DNA of 64,000 bases, taken from positions 199,766,001-199,830,000 of the forward strand of contig NC_086100.1 in assembly GCF_963921235.1 (NCBI RefSeq). The letters run 5' to 3'. The notes under the pieces are model-generated. The model made no database searches and was not told the origin of the DNA. It saw nothing but the letters and a program-made list of their open reading frames with translations. Source of the stretch: Mobula hypostoma (lineage: Eukaryota). Positions within the stretch are counted from its first letter, which is position 1; the number at the start of each line of letters is the position of its first letter. A program made the translations under genes and the position numbers. Below, piece by piece: positions 11,390-24,990 of the stretch.

Positions 11390-14300
11390 ACACCATAAGA
11401 CAAAGGAGCAGAAGTTGGCCATTCAGTCCATCGAGTCAGCTCAGCCATTTTATCATGAGCTGATCCATTCTCCCATTTAGTCCCACTCCCCCGCCTTCTC
11501 ATCATAACCTTTGATGCTACTCAGATACCTATCAATCTCTGCCTTAAATACACCCAATGACTTGGCCTCCACTGCTGCCCGTGGCAACAAATTCCATAGA
11601 TTCACCATCCTCTGACTAAAAAAAAATTTCTTCGCATTTCTGTTCTGAATGAGCACCCTTCAATCCTTAAGTCATGCCCTCTTGTACTAGACTCCCCCAT
11701 CATGGGAAACAACTTTGGCACATCCACTCTGTCCATGCCTTTCAACATTTGAAATGTTTCCATGAGGTCTCCCCTCATTCTTCTAAACTCCAAGGAATAC
11801 AGTCCAAGAGCAGACAAATGTTCCTCATATGTTAACCCTCTCATTCCCAGAATCATTCTAGTGAATCTTCTCTGTACCCTCTCCAACGTCAGCACATCCT
11901 TTCTTAAATAAGGAGACCAAAACTGCCCACAGTACTCCAAGTGAGGTCTCACCAGCGCCTTATAGAGCCTCAACATCACATCCCTGCTCCTATACTCTAT
12001 TCCTTTAGAAATGAATGCCAACATTGCATTCGCCTTCTTCACTACTGACTCAACCTGGAGGTTAACCTTTAAGGTATCCTGTACGAGGACTCCCAAGTCC
12101 CGTTGCATCTCAGAACTTTGAATTCTTTCCCCATTTAAATAATAGTCTGCCCGTTTATTTCTTCTGCCAAAGTGCATAACCATACACTTTCCAACATTGT
12201 ATTTCATTTGCCTCTTCTCTGCCCATTCTTCCAATTTATCCAAGTCTCTCTGCAGACTCTCCATTTCCTCAGCACTACCGGCCCCTCCACCTATCTTCAT
12301 ATCTTCAGCAAACTTAGCCACAAAGCCATCTATTCCATTATCTAAATCGTTGATGTACAATGTAAAAAGACGCGGCCCCAACATGGACCCCTGTGGAACA
12401 CCACTGGTAACCGGCAGCCAACCAGAATAGGATCCCTTTATTCCCACTCTGTTTCCTGCCAATCAGCCAACGCTCTAACCACGTATGTAACTTTTCCGTA
12501 ATTCCATGGGCTCTTGTCATATGCCTCCAGGTACTCTGTAACCTCATCCTGGACAATCAACTCCAACAACTTTTCCAACCACAGATGTCAAGCTAACAGG
12601 TCTATAATTTCCTTTTTGCTTCCTTGCCCCCTTCTTAAATAGCGGGATGACATTTGCAGTCTTCTAGTCCTCCGGAACCATGCAAGAATCTATTGACTTT
12701 TGAAAGATCATTGCTAATGCCTCCGCAATCTCCACAGCTACTTCCTTCAGAACACAAGGGTGCATTCCATCTGGTCCGGGAGATTTGTCTACCTTTAGAC
12801 TATTCAGCTTCCTAAGTACTTTCTCTGTCATAATTGTGACTGCACACACTTCTCTTCCCTGCCACCCTTGAATGTCCGGTATACTGCTGATGTCTTCCTC
12901 AGTGAAGATTGATGCAAAATACTTGTTCAGTTCCTCTGCCATCTCCTCATCTCCCATTACAATTTCTCCAGTATCATTTTCTATCAGTCCTATATCTACT
13001 CTCACCTGTCTTTTACTCTTTATATACTTGAAAAAGCTTTTAGTATCCTCTTTGATATTATTTATTAGCTTCCTTTCATAGTTAATCTTTTCCCTCTTAA
13101 TGATCTTCTTAGTTTCCTTTTGTAAGCTTTTAAAAACTTCCCAATCCTCTGTCTTCCCACTAATTTTTGCTTCCTTGTATGCCCTCTCCTTTGCTTTAAC
13201 TTTGGCTTTGACTTCTCTTGTCAACCACGGTTGCATCCTTTTTCCTTTCGAAAATTTCTTCTTTTTTGGAATATACCTGTCTTGCACCTTCCTCACTACT
13301 CGCATAAACTCCAGCCACTGCTGCTCTGCTGTCTTTCCTGCCAGTGTCCCTTTCCAGTCAACTTTGGCCAGTTCCTCTCTCATGCCACTGTAATTTCCTT
13401 TACTCCACTGAAATACCGACACATCAGATTTCGGCTTCTCTTTTTAAAATATCACAGTGAACTCAATCATGTTATGATCACTGTCTCCTAAGGTTTCCTT
13501 CACCTCAATCTCTCCAATCACCTTCGGTTCATTACACAATACCCAATCCAGTACAGGCGATCCCCTAGTGGGCTCAACAACAAGCTATTCTAAAAAGCCA
13601 TCTCGCAGACATTCTACAAATTCTCTCTCTTGAAATCCAGTGCCGACCTAATTTTCCCAATCCACTCGCATGTTAAAATCCCCCACAATTATCATAACAC
13701 TGTCCTTCTGACAAGCGTTTTCTATTTCCAGTTGTAATTTGTAGTCCACATCACTGCAGTTGTTACGAGGCCATTATATAACTGCCGTCAGGGTCCTTTT
13801 ACCCCTCCGATTTCTTAGCTCAATCCATAAAGATACTGCACCTTCCGATCCTATATCACCTCTTTCTAATGAATTAATATCATTTCTTACCAATAAACCC
13901 ATGCCTCCCCCTCTGCCTACCTTCCTATCCTTCCGATACTCTGTGTATCCTTGGACGTTCAGCTCCCAGAGACATGCATCCTTTAGCCACGTCTCAATGA
14001 TGGCCACAATATCATACCTGCCAATCTGTAGCTGTACAACAAGATCATCCACCTTATTCCTTATGCTGCGTGCATTTAAGCATAACACCTTAAGACCAGT
14101 ATTTGGTACTTCTCGCTTTGATTTCACTGCAACTTTATTGCACTGCAACTCATCCCAATGGCTACAAATTTGCCCCATCACCTGCCTGTCTTTCCTGACA
14201 TCTTTACTGCTCACTATCTTCGATTTATTTCTGTTTTCCCCTTCCTCCGCTCTGTCTTTCCGGTTCCCATCCCCCTGCCAAATTAGTTTAAACCCTCCCT

Positions 14301-14530
14301 AATGGCTCTATTAAACTTTCCTACCAGGATATTGGTCCCCTTCGGGTTCAGGTGTAACCTGTCCTTTGTGAAAAAGTCATACTTCCCGCACGAGAATTAT
14401 CCAAGAAACTGAAGCCCTGCCCCCTGCACCAGTCTATCACATGCATTCATCTGCCTGATCCTACTATTCTTGCCCTCGCTAGCACGTGGCACAGGTAACA
14501 ATCCCAAGATTACTACCCTGGAGGACCTGT
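11390..14530 (-). mobile_element. CR1 LINE (end of ORF1, endonuclease, RT; internally deleted)
   Basis: ORFs 13774-14214 (CLNARSIRNK, IETWL), 12664-13422 and 11602-12462 (GVPQGSMLGP, AKFAEDMK). Confidence 0.95.
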
Positions 14531-14531
14531 A

Positions 14532-14645
14532 ACAAAATGCTGGAGGAACTCAGTCCTGCTGAAGGGTGTCAGCCAGAAAAGTCGAATGTACTCTTTTTGA
14601 TTGTTACTCTCTGGTCTGCTGAATTCCTCCAGCATTTTGTGTGTG
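14532..14645 (+). mobile_element. Penelope-derived inverted-repeat remnant with degenerate minimal hammerhead ribozyme
   Basis: ACAAAATGCTGGAGGAACTCAG ... CTGAATTCCTCCAGCATTTTGT inverted repeat enclosing AGTC-CTGCTGA-AGGGTGTCAGCCA-GAAA-AGTC. Confidence 0.65.
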
Positions 14646-14739
14646 TTCATTGATAACCCTGCTTGTACAGTATGTGAACTCATTCCATGTGGGAGCTGCT
14701 AACTGAGTGGCATAGGTATAACATAGTTAACTACCACTA

Positions 14740-15060
14740 CAGTCTGGATTAGGTTGCAACTGAAAACACTGAATCTCTCATTAAAACCTGGTACAGTAAC
14801 AGAGGTTGGTTCACTGATTGAAACCGTTGGTTTATACTGTTACTACTCCAGGGTGCAGTAACAGAGGTCACACTGAGAGTCTGAAGCAGTCAGTCACTGG
14901 CCGGGTCACTGACAGAAACAGCTAGTTCATCGCTCTCTCTGCCTTTTGCTGTTTTACAGTTTGGTTCAGACTGATTCACCGTTGTCTCTGGAATTCAGTT
15001 CACCCTCCTTCCACATGTTATTTCTGACAGTGTGATCAGTGAAACAGTGTGATTGGAATC
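14740..15060 (+). promoter_or_regulatory. Tandem cassette copy U5 (3' half; its 5' half lies at ~7330-7408 and 8700-8730)
   Basis: Mini-intron GTCAGT(14889)...TTACAG(14959), 71 nt; E-box TCACATGA 8706-8713 and TTCTTTGAA 8715-8723. Confidence 0.6.
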
Positions 15061-15184
15061 ATAGATACAGGAGGAAGCTTCTCCTGACTTAGGATCAGTC
15101 ATCTTCTCCCTCCTGTCCACGTTTCTCTTCTGCTTTTAAACCCACCAGACTGTTCCTGTGATCCGTCTGGACTCTGACCCCATA

Positions 15185-17145
15185 ATAAGAAAGGAAAGGG
15201 CATATAACAAAGCAAAAAGTAGTGGGAATATAGAGGATTGGGAAGTTTTTTAAAAAAAACTACAGAGAATAACTAAAAAACTCATTAGAAGGAAAAAGAT
15301 GCAATATGAAAGCAAGCTAGCAAATAATATCAAAGTGGATAGTAAAAGTTTTTTCAAGTATGTTAAAAGTAAAAGAGAAATGAGAGTGGATATAGGACCA
15401 CTAGGAAATGAGGCAGGAGAAATAATAATGGGGACAAGGAGATGGCTGATGAACTAAACGAGTATTTTGCATCCGTCTTCACTGTGGAAGACACTAGCAG
15501 TGCGCCTGATGTTGTTGTGCGTGAAGGAAAAGAAATGGGTGCAGTTACTGTTACAAGAGAGAAGATGCTCAAAAGCTGAAAGACCATAAGTCACCCGGAC
15601 CAGAGGAACTGCACCCTAGGATTCTGAAAGACGTAGCGGTAGAGATTATGGTGGCATTAGAAATGATCTTTCAAAAATCTTTGGACTCTGGCATGGTGCC
15701 AGAGGACTGGAAAATTACAAATGTTACTCCACTCTTTTAAGAAAGGAGGAAGGCAGCAGAAAGGAAATTATAGACCAGATAGCCTGTCCTCAGTGGTTGG
15801 GAAGATCTTGGAGTCAATTGTTAAGGATGAAGAGATGGAGTACTTGGTGACACAGGACAAGATAATATAACATCAGCATGGTTTCTTTCAGGGAAAATCC
15901 TGCCAGATGAACATTTTGGAATTCTTTGAGGAGATTACAGGTAGAATAGATAAAGGGGATGCAGTGGATATTGTATATTTGGACTTTCCGAAGGCCTTTG
16001 ACTAGATTTCACACATGAGGCTGCACACCAAGTTAAGAGCCATGGTATTGCAGGAAAGCTATTAACATAGTTAGAGCATTGGATGATTGGTAGGAGGCAG
16101 TGAGCAGGAATAAAAGGATCCCTTTCTGGTTGGCTGCTAGTGACTAGTGGTGTTCCGCTAGGGTCGGTGTTGGGACCACTTTTTATGCTGTGTATAAATA
16201 ATTTAGATGATGGAATAGATGGCTTTGTTGCCAAATTTGCAGATGATATGAAGATTGGTGGAGGGGCAGGTAGTGTTGAGGAAACAGGTAGGATGCAAAA
16301 GGACTTGGACAGATTAGGAGAATGGGCAAGAGAGTGGCAAATGAAATACACTGTTGGAAAATGCATGGTCATGCACTTGGGTAGTAGAAATAAATGTGCA
16401 GGTTATTTTCCAAATGGGGAGAAAATCCAGTAATCTTTGATGCAGAGGGACTTGGGAGTCCTTGTGCAGAACACCCTGAAGGTTAACTTGCAGGTTGAAT
16501 CAGTGGTGAGGAAGGCAAATGCCATGTTAGCATTCATTTCAAGAGGTCTAGAATACAAGAGCAAGCTGAGACATTATAAAGCACAGGTGAGGCCTCACCT
16601 TGAGTATTGTGAACAGTTTTGGGATCCTCTTCATAGAAGAGATGTGCTGGCATTGGAGAGGGTCCAGAGGAGGTTCACAAGGATGATTCCAGGAATGAAA
16701 GGGTTACCATACGAGGAATGTTTGATGGCTCTAGGTCTGTACTCGCTGAAATTCAGAAGGATGAGCAGGATCTCACTGAAACCTTTTGAATGTTGAAAGG
16801 CCTAAGCAGAGTAGATGTGGAAAGGATGTTTCCCATGGTGGGGGAGTCCAGGACAAGAGGGCACAGCCTCAGGATAGAGAGGCGCCCTTTCAAAGCAGAG
16901 ATGCAGAGAAATTTCTTCAGTAAGAGGGTGGTGAATTTGTGGAATTTGTTGCCACGTACAGCTGTGGAGGCCAAGTTGATGGGTGTATTTAAGGCAGACA
17001 TTGATAGGTTTTTGATTAGACATGTCATCAAGGTTATGGAGAGAAAGCTGGGAAATGGGGTTGAGGAGGAGGAAAGAAAGGATCAGCCATGATTAAATGG
17101 TGATGGGCCAAATGGCCTAATTCTGCCACTATGTCTTATAGTGTT
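15185..17145 (+). mobile_element. CR1 ORF2 fragment, degenerate
   Basis: TSGVPLGSVLGP, AKFADDMK, RPHLEYCEQFW. Confidence 0.9.
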
Positions 17146-17220
17146 ATGATCTGTTGTCTACACCTGCGTAGTGATCTGTTGTCTACACCTGCGTAGTGAT
17201 CTGTTGTCTACACATGCATA
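17146..17220. repeat. 25-bp minisatellite x3
   Basis: GTGATCTGTTGTCTACACCTGCGTA repeated head to tail. Confidence 0.9.
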
Positions 17221-17223
17221 TTA

Positions 17224-20200
17224 AACATAGAAACATAGAAAATCTCCAGCACAATACAGACACTTCAGTCCACAATGCTGTGCTGAACATGTCCTTACCT
17301 TAGTTTACCCATAGCCCCCTATTTTTCTAACCTCCATGTACCTATCCAGGAGTCTCTTAAAAGACCCTATCATTTCCACCTCCACCACAGTAGCCAGCAG
17401 CCCATTCCACGCAGTCACCACTCTCTGCATTAAAAAAAAATTAACGCTGATATCTCCTCTGCACCTACTTCCAAGCACCTTAAAACTTTGTTCTCTCATG
17501 TTAGCCATTTCAACCTCAGGAAAAAGCCTTTGACTATCCACACAATCAATGCCTCTCATCATCTTATACACCTCTATCACGTCACCTCTCATCCACTGTC
17601 GCTTCAAGGATAAAAGGCTAAGTTCACTCAATCTATCCTCATATTTGACCTACCAAAACGAACCACATCGCACTTAACTTGGTTGAACTCCATCTGCCAC
17701 TTCTCAGCCTAGCTTTGCATCCTATTAATGTCACATTGTACCCTCTGACAGCCCTCCACACTATCCACAACACACCCAACCTTTCTGTCATCAGCAAATT
17801 TACTAACCCATCCCTCCACTTCCTCATCCATGTCACTTATAAACATCACAAAGAGAAGGGGTCCCAGAACAGATCCCCAAGGCATACCACTGGTCACCAA
17901 TCTCAATGCAGAATATGACCTGTCTACAAGCCAATTCTGGATCCACAAAGCAATGTTCCTTTATATCCCATGCCTTCTTACTTTCTCAATAAGCCTTTCA
18001 TGGGGTATCTTGTCAAATGCCTTGCTGAAATCCATATACACTACATCTGCTGCTCTACCTTCATCAATGTGTTTAGTCACATCCTCAAAAAAAATCCAAT
18101 CAGGCCTGTAAGCACAACTTGCCTTTGACAAAGCCATGCTGACTATTTCTAATTATATTATACCTCTCCAAATGTTCAAAAATCCTGTCTCTCAGGATCT
18201 TCTCCATCAACTTACCAACCACTGAAGTTAGACTCACTGGTTTATAATTTCCTGGGCTATCACTATTCCCTTTCTTGAATAATGGAACAACATCTGCAAC
18301 CCTCCAATCCTCTGGAACCTCTCCCATTCCCATTGATGATGCAAAGATCATTGCCAGAGGCTCAGCAATCTCCTCCCTCGCCTCCCACAGTAGCCTGGGG
18401 TACATCTCATCCGGTCCCAGTGACCTATCCTGCTTGATGCTTTTCAAATGCTCCAGTACATCCTCTTTCTTAATGTCTACATGCTCAAGCTTTTCAATCA
18501 TACTTGATTGGTCCTACTCTCTCATGTCTTATCTTCACATACTTGTAGAATGCCTTGAGGTTTTCCTTAATCCTGCTGGCCAAGGCCTTCTCATGGCCCC
18601 TTCTGGCTTTCCTAATTTCTCTTTTAAGCTCCTTCCTGCTGGCCTAATAATCAGTTAGATCTCTATCATTACCTAGTGCTTTGATCCTTTCGTAAGCTTT
18701 TCTTCTTGACTAGATTTACAGCAGCCTTTGTACATCACAGTTCCTGTACCCTACTATCCTTTCCCTGTCTCATTGGAATGTACCTATGCAGAACAATACG
18801 AAAATATCTCCTGAACATTTGCCATATTTCTTCAGTATATTTCCCTGAGAACATCTGTTCCCAGTTCATGCTTCCAAGTTCCTGCCTAATAGCTTCATAA
18901 TTCCCCTTACTCCAATTAAATGCTTTCCTAATTTTTCTGTTCCTATCCCTCTCCAATGCTATGATAAAGGAAATAGAATTGTGATCGCTATCTCCAAAAT
19001 TCTCTCCCACTGAGAGATCTGACACCTGACCATTATGCCGACATTACAATTGCCCTGTAATTTCATGGGTTCTTATCCTGCTAAGCAGCCTCCTGTGCAG
19101 CGCCTTGTCAAAGGCCTTCTGAAAATCCAAGTACACCACATCTCCTGCTTGTAATTTCCTTAAAGAATTGCAGTAGGTTTGTCAGACAGGATCTTCCTTT
19201 CAGGAGACCATGCTGGCTTTGGCCTATCTTGGCATGTGCCTCCAGGTACTCCAAAATCTCATTCCTAACAATTGATTCCAATAACACTGATGTCAGGTCA
19301 GTTTCCTTTCTGTTACCTCCCACCTTTCTTAAATAGCAGAGTAATATTTGCAATTTTCCAGTCATCCAGTACAATGCCAGAATCTATCAATTCTTGAAAG
19401 ATCATCGTTAATGCCTCCACAATCTCTCCAGCTATTTCCTTCAGTACCTGAGGGTGCATTCCATCAGGTCCAGGAGATTCATCCAGCCTCAGACCATTAA
19501 GCTTCCTGATCAACTTCTCAGTCGTAATTTTCACTGCACAAACTTCACTTCACTGACACTCTTGAATGCTCAGTATACTGCAGACTTCTTCAACTATGAA
19601 GCCTGATGCAAAATATACATTCAGTTCCTCTGACATCTCTGCATCTCTCATTACAATGTCTCCAGTGTCATTTTCTATTGGTCCTATATCTACCCTCGAC
19701 TCTCTGTTATCCTTTATATACTTAAAAGCTTTTAGTATCTTTTTTGATATTAGTTGCCAGCTTCCTTTCATAATCCATCTTTTCTTCCCTAATGGCCTTT
19801 CTTAGTTTCCTTCTGCAAGTTTTTAAATGCTCCACAATTCTTTATCTTCCTACCAGCTTTAGCCTCCGTGTATGCCCTCACTTCTGCTTTTACTTTGGCT
19901 CTGACTTCACTTGTCAGCCATGGTAGTGTCCTCCTTCCATTCGAAAATTTCTTCTTATTTGGAATACATCTGTCTTGCACTTCCCTCATTTATATCCTCA
20001 CTGTCGCGGAGGGATATATCCTATCACTACGAATTGTTGCCAGCAATTTTCCTACAACTGATGCGAGACTCACCAGTCTACAGTTCCCAGGATTTTCATT
20101 TGTTTGCCTCATAAATAGAGATACAACTTTGTCATTCGCCAGTACTCTGGGACCTTGCCTGTGGGTAGAGTGGACATGAAGTTACTGGTCAAGGCCCCAG

Positions 20201-20575
20201 TAATCTTGTCTCTTGTCTCCTTCAAGAACCTCTGGTAAATCCCATTAGGCTGTAGGGACTTATCCACCTGAATCCTCATTAAGAGCCCAACACCACCTCC
20301 TCCTTGACCTCTAAATGCTCAAATGTATTTATACACTCAGCACTGATCTCCTGGTCCTCCATATCCATTTTCCTTGGTAAATACGGAAACAAAGTTCTCA
20401 TTAAGTACCTCACTCACGTTCTCTGCATCGAAGCAAATGTTCCTCCTTTATCCGTGAGTGATCTCGCCCTCTCCTGAGTTATCCTCTTGATGTATGTATA
20501 GAATGCCTTCAGATTCAACTTACTCCTACTTGCCAAGGACTTTTCATGCCCCCTCCTTGGCTTTCCATTCTGTTT
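17224..20575 (-). mobile_element. Stack of three minus-strand CR1 ORF2 fragments of different subfamilies
   Basis: ORFs 17305-17631, 18100-18501, 18735-19025, 19313-19534, 19789-19989; junctions at ~19030 and ~19990. Confidence 0.9.
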
Positions 20576-20589
20576 TTAGTTTTTTTAGA

Positions 20590-23430
20590 CCAATGTGCAG
20601 GTAGTTATTAATGAATATGATATAGTTGGAATCATAGAGACATGGCTCCAGGGTGACCAAGGATGGGAGCTCAACATTCAGGGATATTCAATATTCAGGA
20701 GGGATAGACATGAAAGAAAAGGAGGTGGGGTAGCATTGTTGGTTAGAGAGGAGATTATCACAATAGAAAGGAAGGACATTAGCTGGGAGGATATGGAATC
20801 AATATGGGTAGAGCTGCAAAACACTAAGGGGCAGAAAACGCTGGTGGGAGTTTTGTACAGGCCACCTAACGGTAGTAGTGAGGTTGGGGATGGCATTAAA
20901 CAGGAAATTAGAAATGCGTGCAATAAAGGATCAGCAGTTATAATGGGTGACTTCAATCTACATATAGACTGGGTGAGCCAAATTGGTAAGGGTGCTGAAG
21001 AAGAGGATTTCTTGGAATGTATGCGGGATAGTTTTCTGAACTAACATGTCGAGGAACCAACTAGAGAGCAGGCTATTCTAGACTGGGTACTGAGCAATGA
21101 GGAAGGGTTAGTTAGCAATCTTGTCGTGAGAGGCCCCTTGGGTAAGAGTGACCATAGTATGGTGGAATTCCTCATTAAGATGGAGAGTGACATAGTTAAT
21201 TCAGAAGCAAAGGTTCTGAACTTAAAGAAGGGTAACTTTGAAGGTATGGGACGTGAATTAGCTAAGATAGACTGGCAAATGATATTTAAAGGGTTGACGG
21301 TGGATATGCAATGGCAAGTATTTAAAGATCGCATGGATGAACTGCAACAATTGTTCATCCCAGTTTGGCAAAAGAATAAACCAGGGAAGGTAGTGCACCC
21401 GTGGCTGACAAGGGAAATTAGGGATAGTATCAATTCCAAAGAACAAACATACAAATTGGCCAGAAAAAGTGGCACACCTGAGGACTGGGAGAAATTCAGA
21501 GTCCAACAGAGGAGGACAAAGTGCTTAATTAGGAAAGGGAAAAAAAGATTGAGAGAAAGCTGGCAGGGAACATAAAAACTGACTGTAAAAGCTTAGATAT
21601 GTCAAAAGAAAAAGATTGATTAAGACAAATGGAGGTCCCTTACAGTCAGAAACAGATGAATTGATCATGGGGAGCAAGGACATGGCAGACCAATTGAATA
21701 ACTACTTTGGTTCTGCCTTCACTAAGGAGGACATAAATAATCTTCCGGAAATAGTAGGAGACTGGGGGTTTAGTGAGATGGAGGAACTGAGGGAAATACA
21801 TGTTAGTAGGGAAGTGGTGTTAGGTAAATTGAAGGGATTAAAGGCAGATAAATCCCCAGGGCCAGATGGTCTGCATCCCAGAGTGCTTAAGGAAGTAGCC
21901 CAAGAAATAGTGGATGCATTAGTGATAATTTTTCAAAACTCTTTAGGTTCTGGACTAGTTCCTGAGAATTAGAGGGTGGCTAATGTAATCCCGCTTTTTA
22001 AAAAAGGAGGGAGAGAGAAACCGGGGAATTATAGACCGGTAAGCCTGACATCAGCAGTGGGGAAAATGCTAGTGTCAGTTATCAAAAATATGATAACAGC
22101 ACATTTGGAAAGCGGTGAAATGATCGGACAAAGTCAGCATGGATTTGTGAAAGGAAAATCATGTCTGACGAATCTCATAGAACTTTTTGAGGATGTAACT
22201 AGTAGAGTGGATAGGGGAGAACCAGTGGATGTGGTATATTTGGATTTTCAAAAGGATTTTGACAAGGTCCCGCACAGGAGATTAGTGTGCAAACTTAAAG
22301 CACACGGTATTGGGGGTATGGTATTGATGTGGATAGAGAATTAGTTGGCAGACAGGAAGCAAAGAGTGGGAATAAACGGGACCTTTTCAGAATGGCGGGC
22401 AGTGACTAGTGGGGTACCACAAGGCTCAGTGCTGGGACCCCAGTTGTTTACAATATATATTAATGACTCAGATGAGGGAATTAAATGCAGCATCTCCAAG
22501 TGTGTGGATGACACGAAGCTGGGCGGCAGTGTTAGCTGTGAGGAGGATGCTAAGAGGATGCAGGGTGACTTGGATAGGTTAGGTGAGTGGGCAAATTCAT
22601 GGCAGATGCAATTTAATGTGGATAAATGTGAAGTTATCCACTTTGGTGGCAAGAACCGGAAAACAGATTATTATCTGAATGGTGGCCGATTAGGAAAAGG
22701 GGAGGTGCAACGAGACCTGGGTGTCATTATACACCAGTCATTGAAAGTGGGCATGCAGGTACAGTAGGTGGTGAAAAAGGCGAATGGTATGCTGGCATTC
22801 ATAGCAAGAGGATTCGAGTACAGGAGCAGGGAGGTAATACTGCTGTTGTACAAGACCTTGGTGAGATCACACCTGGAGTATTGTGTGCAGTTTTGGTCCC
22901 CTAATCGAGGAAAGACATTCTTGCCATAGAGGGAGTACAAAGAACGTTCACCAGATTGATTCCTGGGATGGCAGGACTTTCATATAATGAAAGACTGGAT
23001 TGACTAGGCTTGTACTCGCTGGAATTTAGAAGATTGAGTGGGGATCTTATTGAAGCATATAAAATTCTAAAGGGATCGGACAGGCTAGATGCAGGAAGAT
23101 TGTTCCCGATGTTGGGGAAGTCCAGATCAAGGGGTCACAATTTGAGGATAAAGGGGAAGCCTTTTAGGACCGAGATTAGGAAAAACTTCTTCACACAGAG
23201 AGTGGTGAATCTGTGGAATTCTCTGCCACAGGAAACAGTTGAGGCCAGTTCATTGGCTATATTTAAGAGGGAGTTAGATATGGCCCTTGTGGCTAAAGGG
23301 ATCAGGGGGTATGGAGAGAAGGCAGGTACAGGGTTCTGAGTTGGATAATCAGTCATGAACGTACTGAATGCTGGTGCAGGCTTGAAGGGCCGAATGGCCT
23401 ACTCCTGCACCTATTTTCTATGTTTCTATG
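20590..23430 (+). mobile_element. CR1 ORF2 (EN-RT) with stops; same subfamily as 40975-44085
   Basis: YDIVGIIETWLQG, YRPP, GDFN, GVPQGSVLGP; complete 3' tail. Confidence 0.95.
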
Positions 23431-24990
23431 ACCAGAGGATATAGGAGCAGAATTAGGCCATTTGGCCCATCAGTCTGTACTGCCATTTCATCATGGCTGA
23501 TCCAATTTTCCTCTCAGCCCCAATCTCCTGCCTCCTCCCCATAGCCCTTCGGGTCTTGAACAATGAAGTATTTATCAATCTCTGCCTTAAGTGTACATAG
23601 ACTCAGCTTCCACAGCTTCTTGCAGCAATGAGTTCCACCAGTTCACCACTTACTGACTAAAGAAATCCACCTCGTTTCTGTTCCAAAAGGACATCCCTCT
23701 ATTCTGAGGCTGTGTCCTCTGGTCTTAGACTGTCCAACCATAGGAAACATTCCACATCCACTCTATCAAGGCCTGTCACCATTTTATAGGTTTCAATGAG
23801 GTCATCCCTCATTCTTCTGAATTCTAGTGAACACAGGCCCAGAGGCATCAGATGCTCTTCATATGACAAGCCATTCAATCCTGAGATCATTTTTGTGAAC
23901 CTCCTTTGAATCCTCACCAGTTTCAGCACATCATCTGCAAACTTTGCAACAGTGCCATCAATTCCATCATCCAAATCATTGATATATAATGTAAAAAGAA
24001 TTGGTCTCAACACAGACCCCTGTGAACATCACTAGTCACCTTCAGCCAGTCAGAAGATGTTCCTTTTATTCCTACTCTTTGCCTCCTGCCAATCAGCCAT
24101 GATTATCCACGCTAGAATCCTTCTTCTAATACCATGTGCTTGTAGCAGCCTCATTGTGGCACCTTGTCAAATGCCTTCTGAAAACCCAGGTATACAGCGT
24201 CAACCGATTCTCCTTTGTCTATTCTGCTTGTCACTTCAAAAAATTCCAACAGATTTGTCATGAAAGATTTTCCCTTGAGGAAACCATGCTGACTATAGCC
24301 TATATTATCATGTGCCTCCAAGTATCCTGAGATCTCATCCTTAATAATCGACTCCAACATCTTCCAAACCATTGAGATCAGACTACCTGGCCTATAGTTT
24401 TCTTTATTCTGCCTATTCCCTTCTCGAAGAGTAGAGTGACATTTGCAAATTTCCAGTCTTCCTGAATGATTCCAGAATCTAGTGATTCTTGAAAGATCAT
24501 TACTAATTTCTCCACTATCTCTTCAACCGCCTCTTTCAGAACCCTGGGGTAGACACCACCTGGTCCAGGTGACCTACCTGCCTTCAGACACTTCAGTTTC
24601 CCAAAAACCTTCTCTCTCATTATGGTAACCTCACCCACTTTTGTCCCCGACACCTGGAACTTCCACCATACTACTAAGTTCATTCACAGTGAATACTGAC
24701 ACAAAATACTTATTCAGTTTGTCCGCTATTTTGTTGTTCCCCATTACTATCTCTCCAGCATCATTTTTCAGCAGTTCAATATTCACTCTTGCCTCTCTTT
24801 TACACTTTATCTACCTGAAGAAACTTTTGTTATCCTCTTTAACATTATTGGCGAGCTTACTATTCCATCTTTACTTTTTAATGACGTTTTTGTTGTCTTC
24901 TGTTGGTATTTTAAAGTACCCATCCTGTACCTTCCGAATTGTTCCGGAAATTTCAGCCAGTGCAGCTCTGCAGTCATCCCTGCGTTTCTA
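23430..24990 (-). mobile_element. CR1 ORF2 fragment with deletions
   Basis: AKFADDV; SQHGFLKGKS; SPGPGGVYPRVLKE. Confidence 0.9.

Noticed and set aside
17146..17220. 25-bp direct repeats as CRISPR-like
   Set aside because: Head-to-tail with no spacers, in a eukaryotic context
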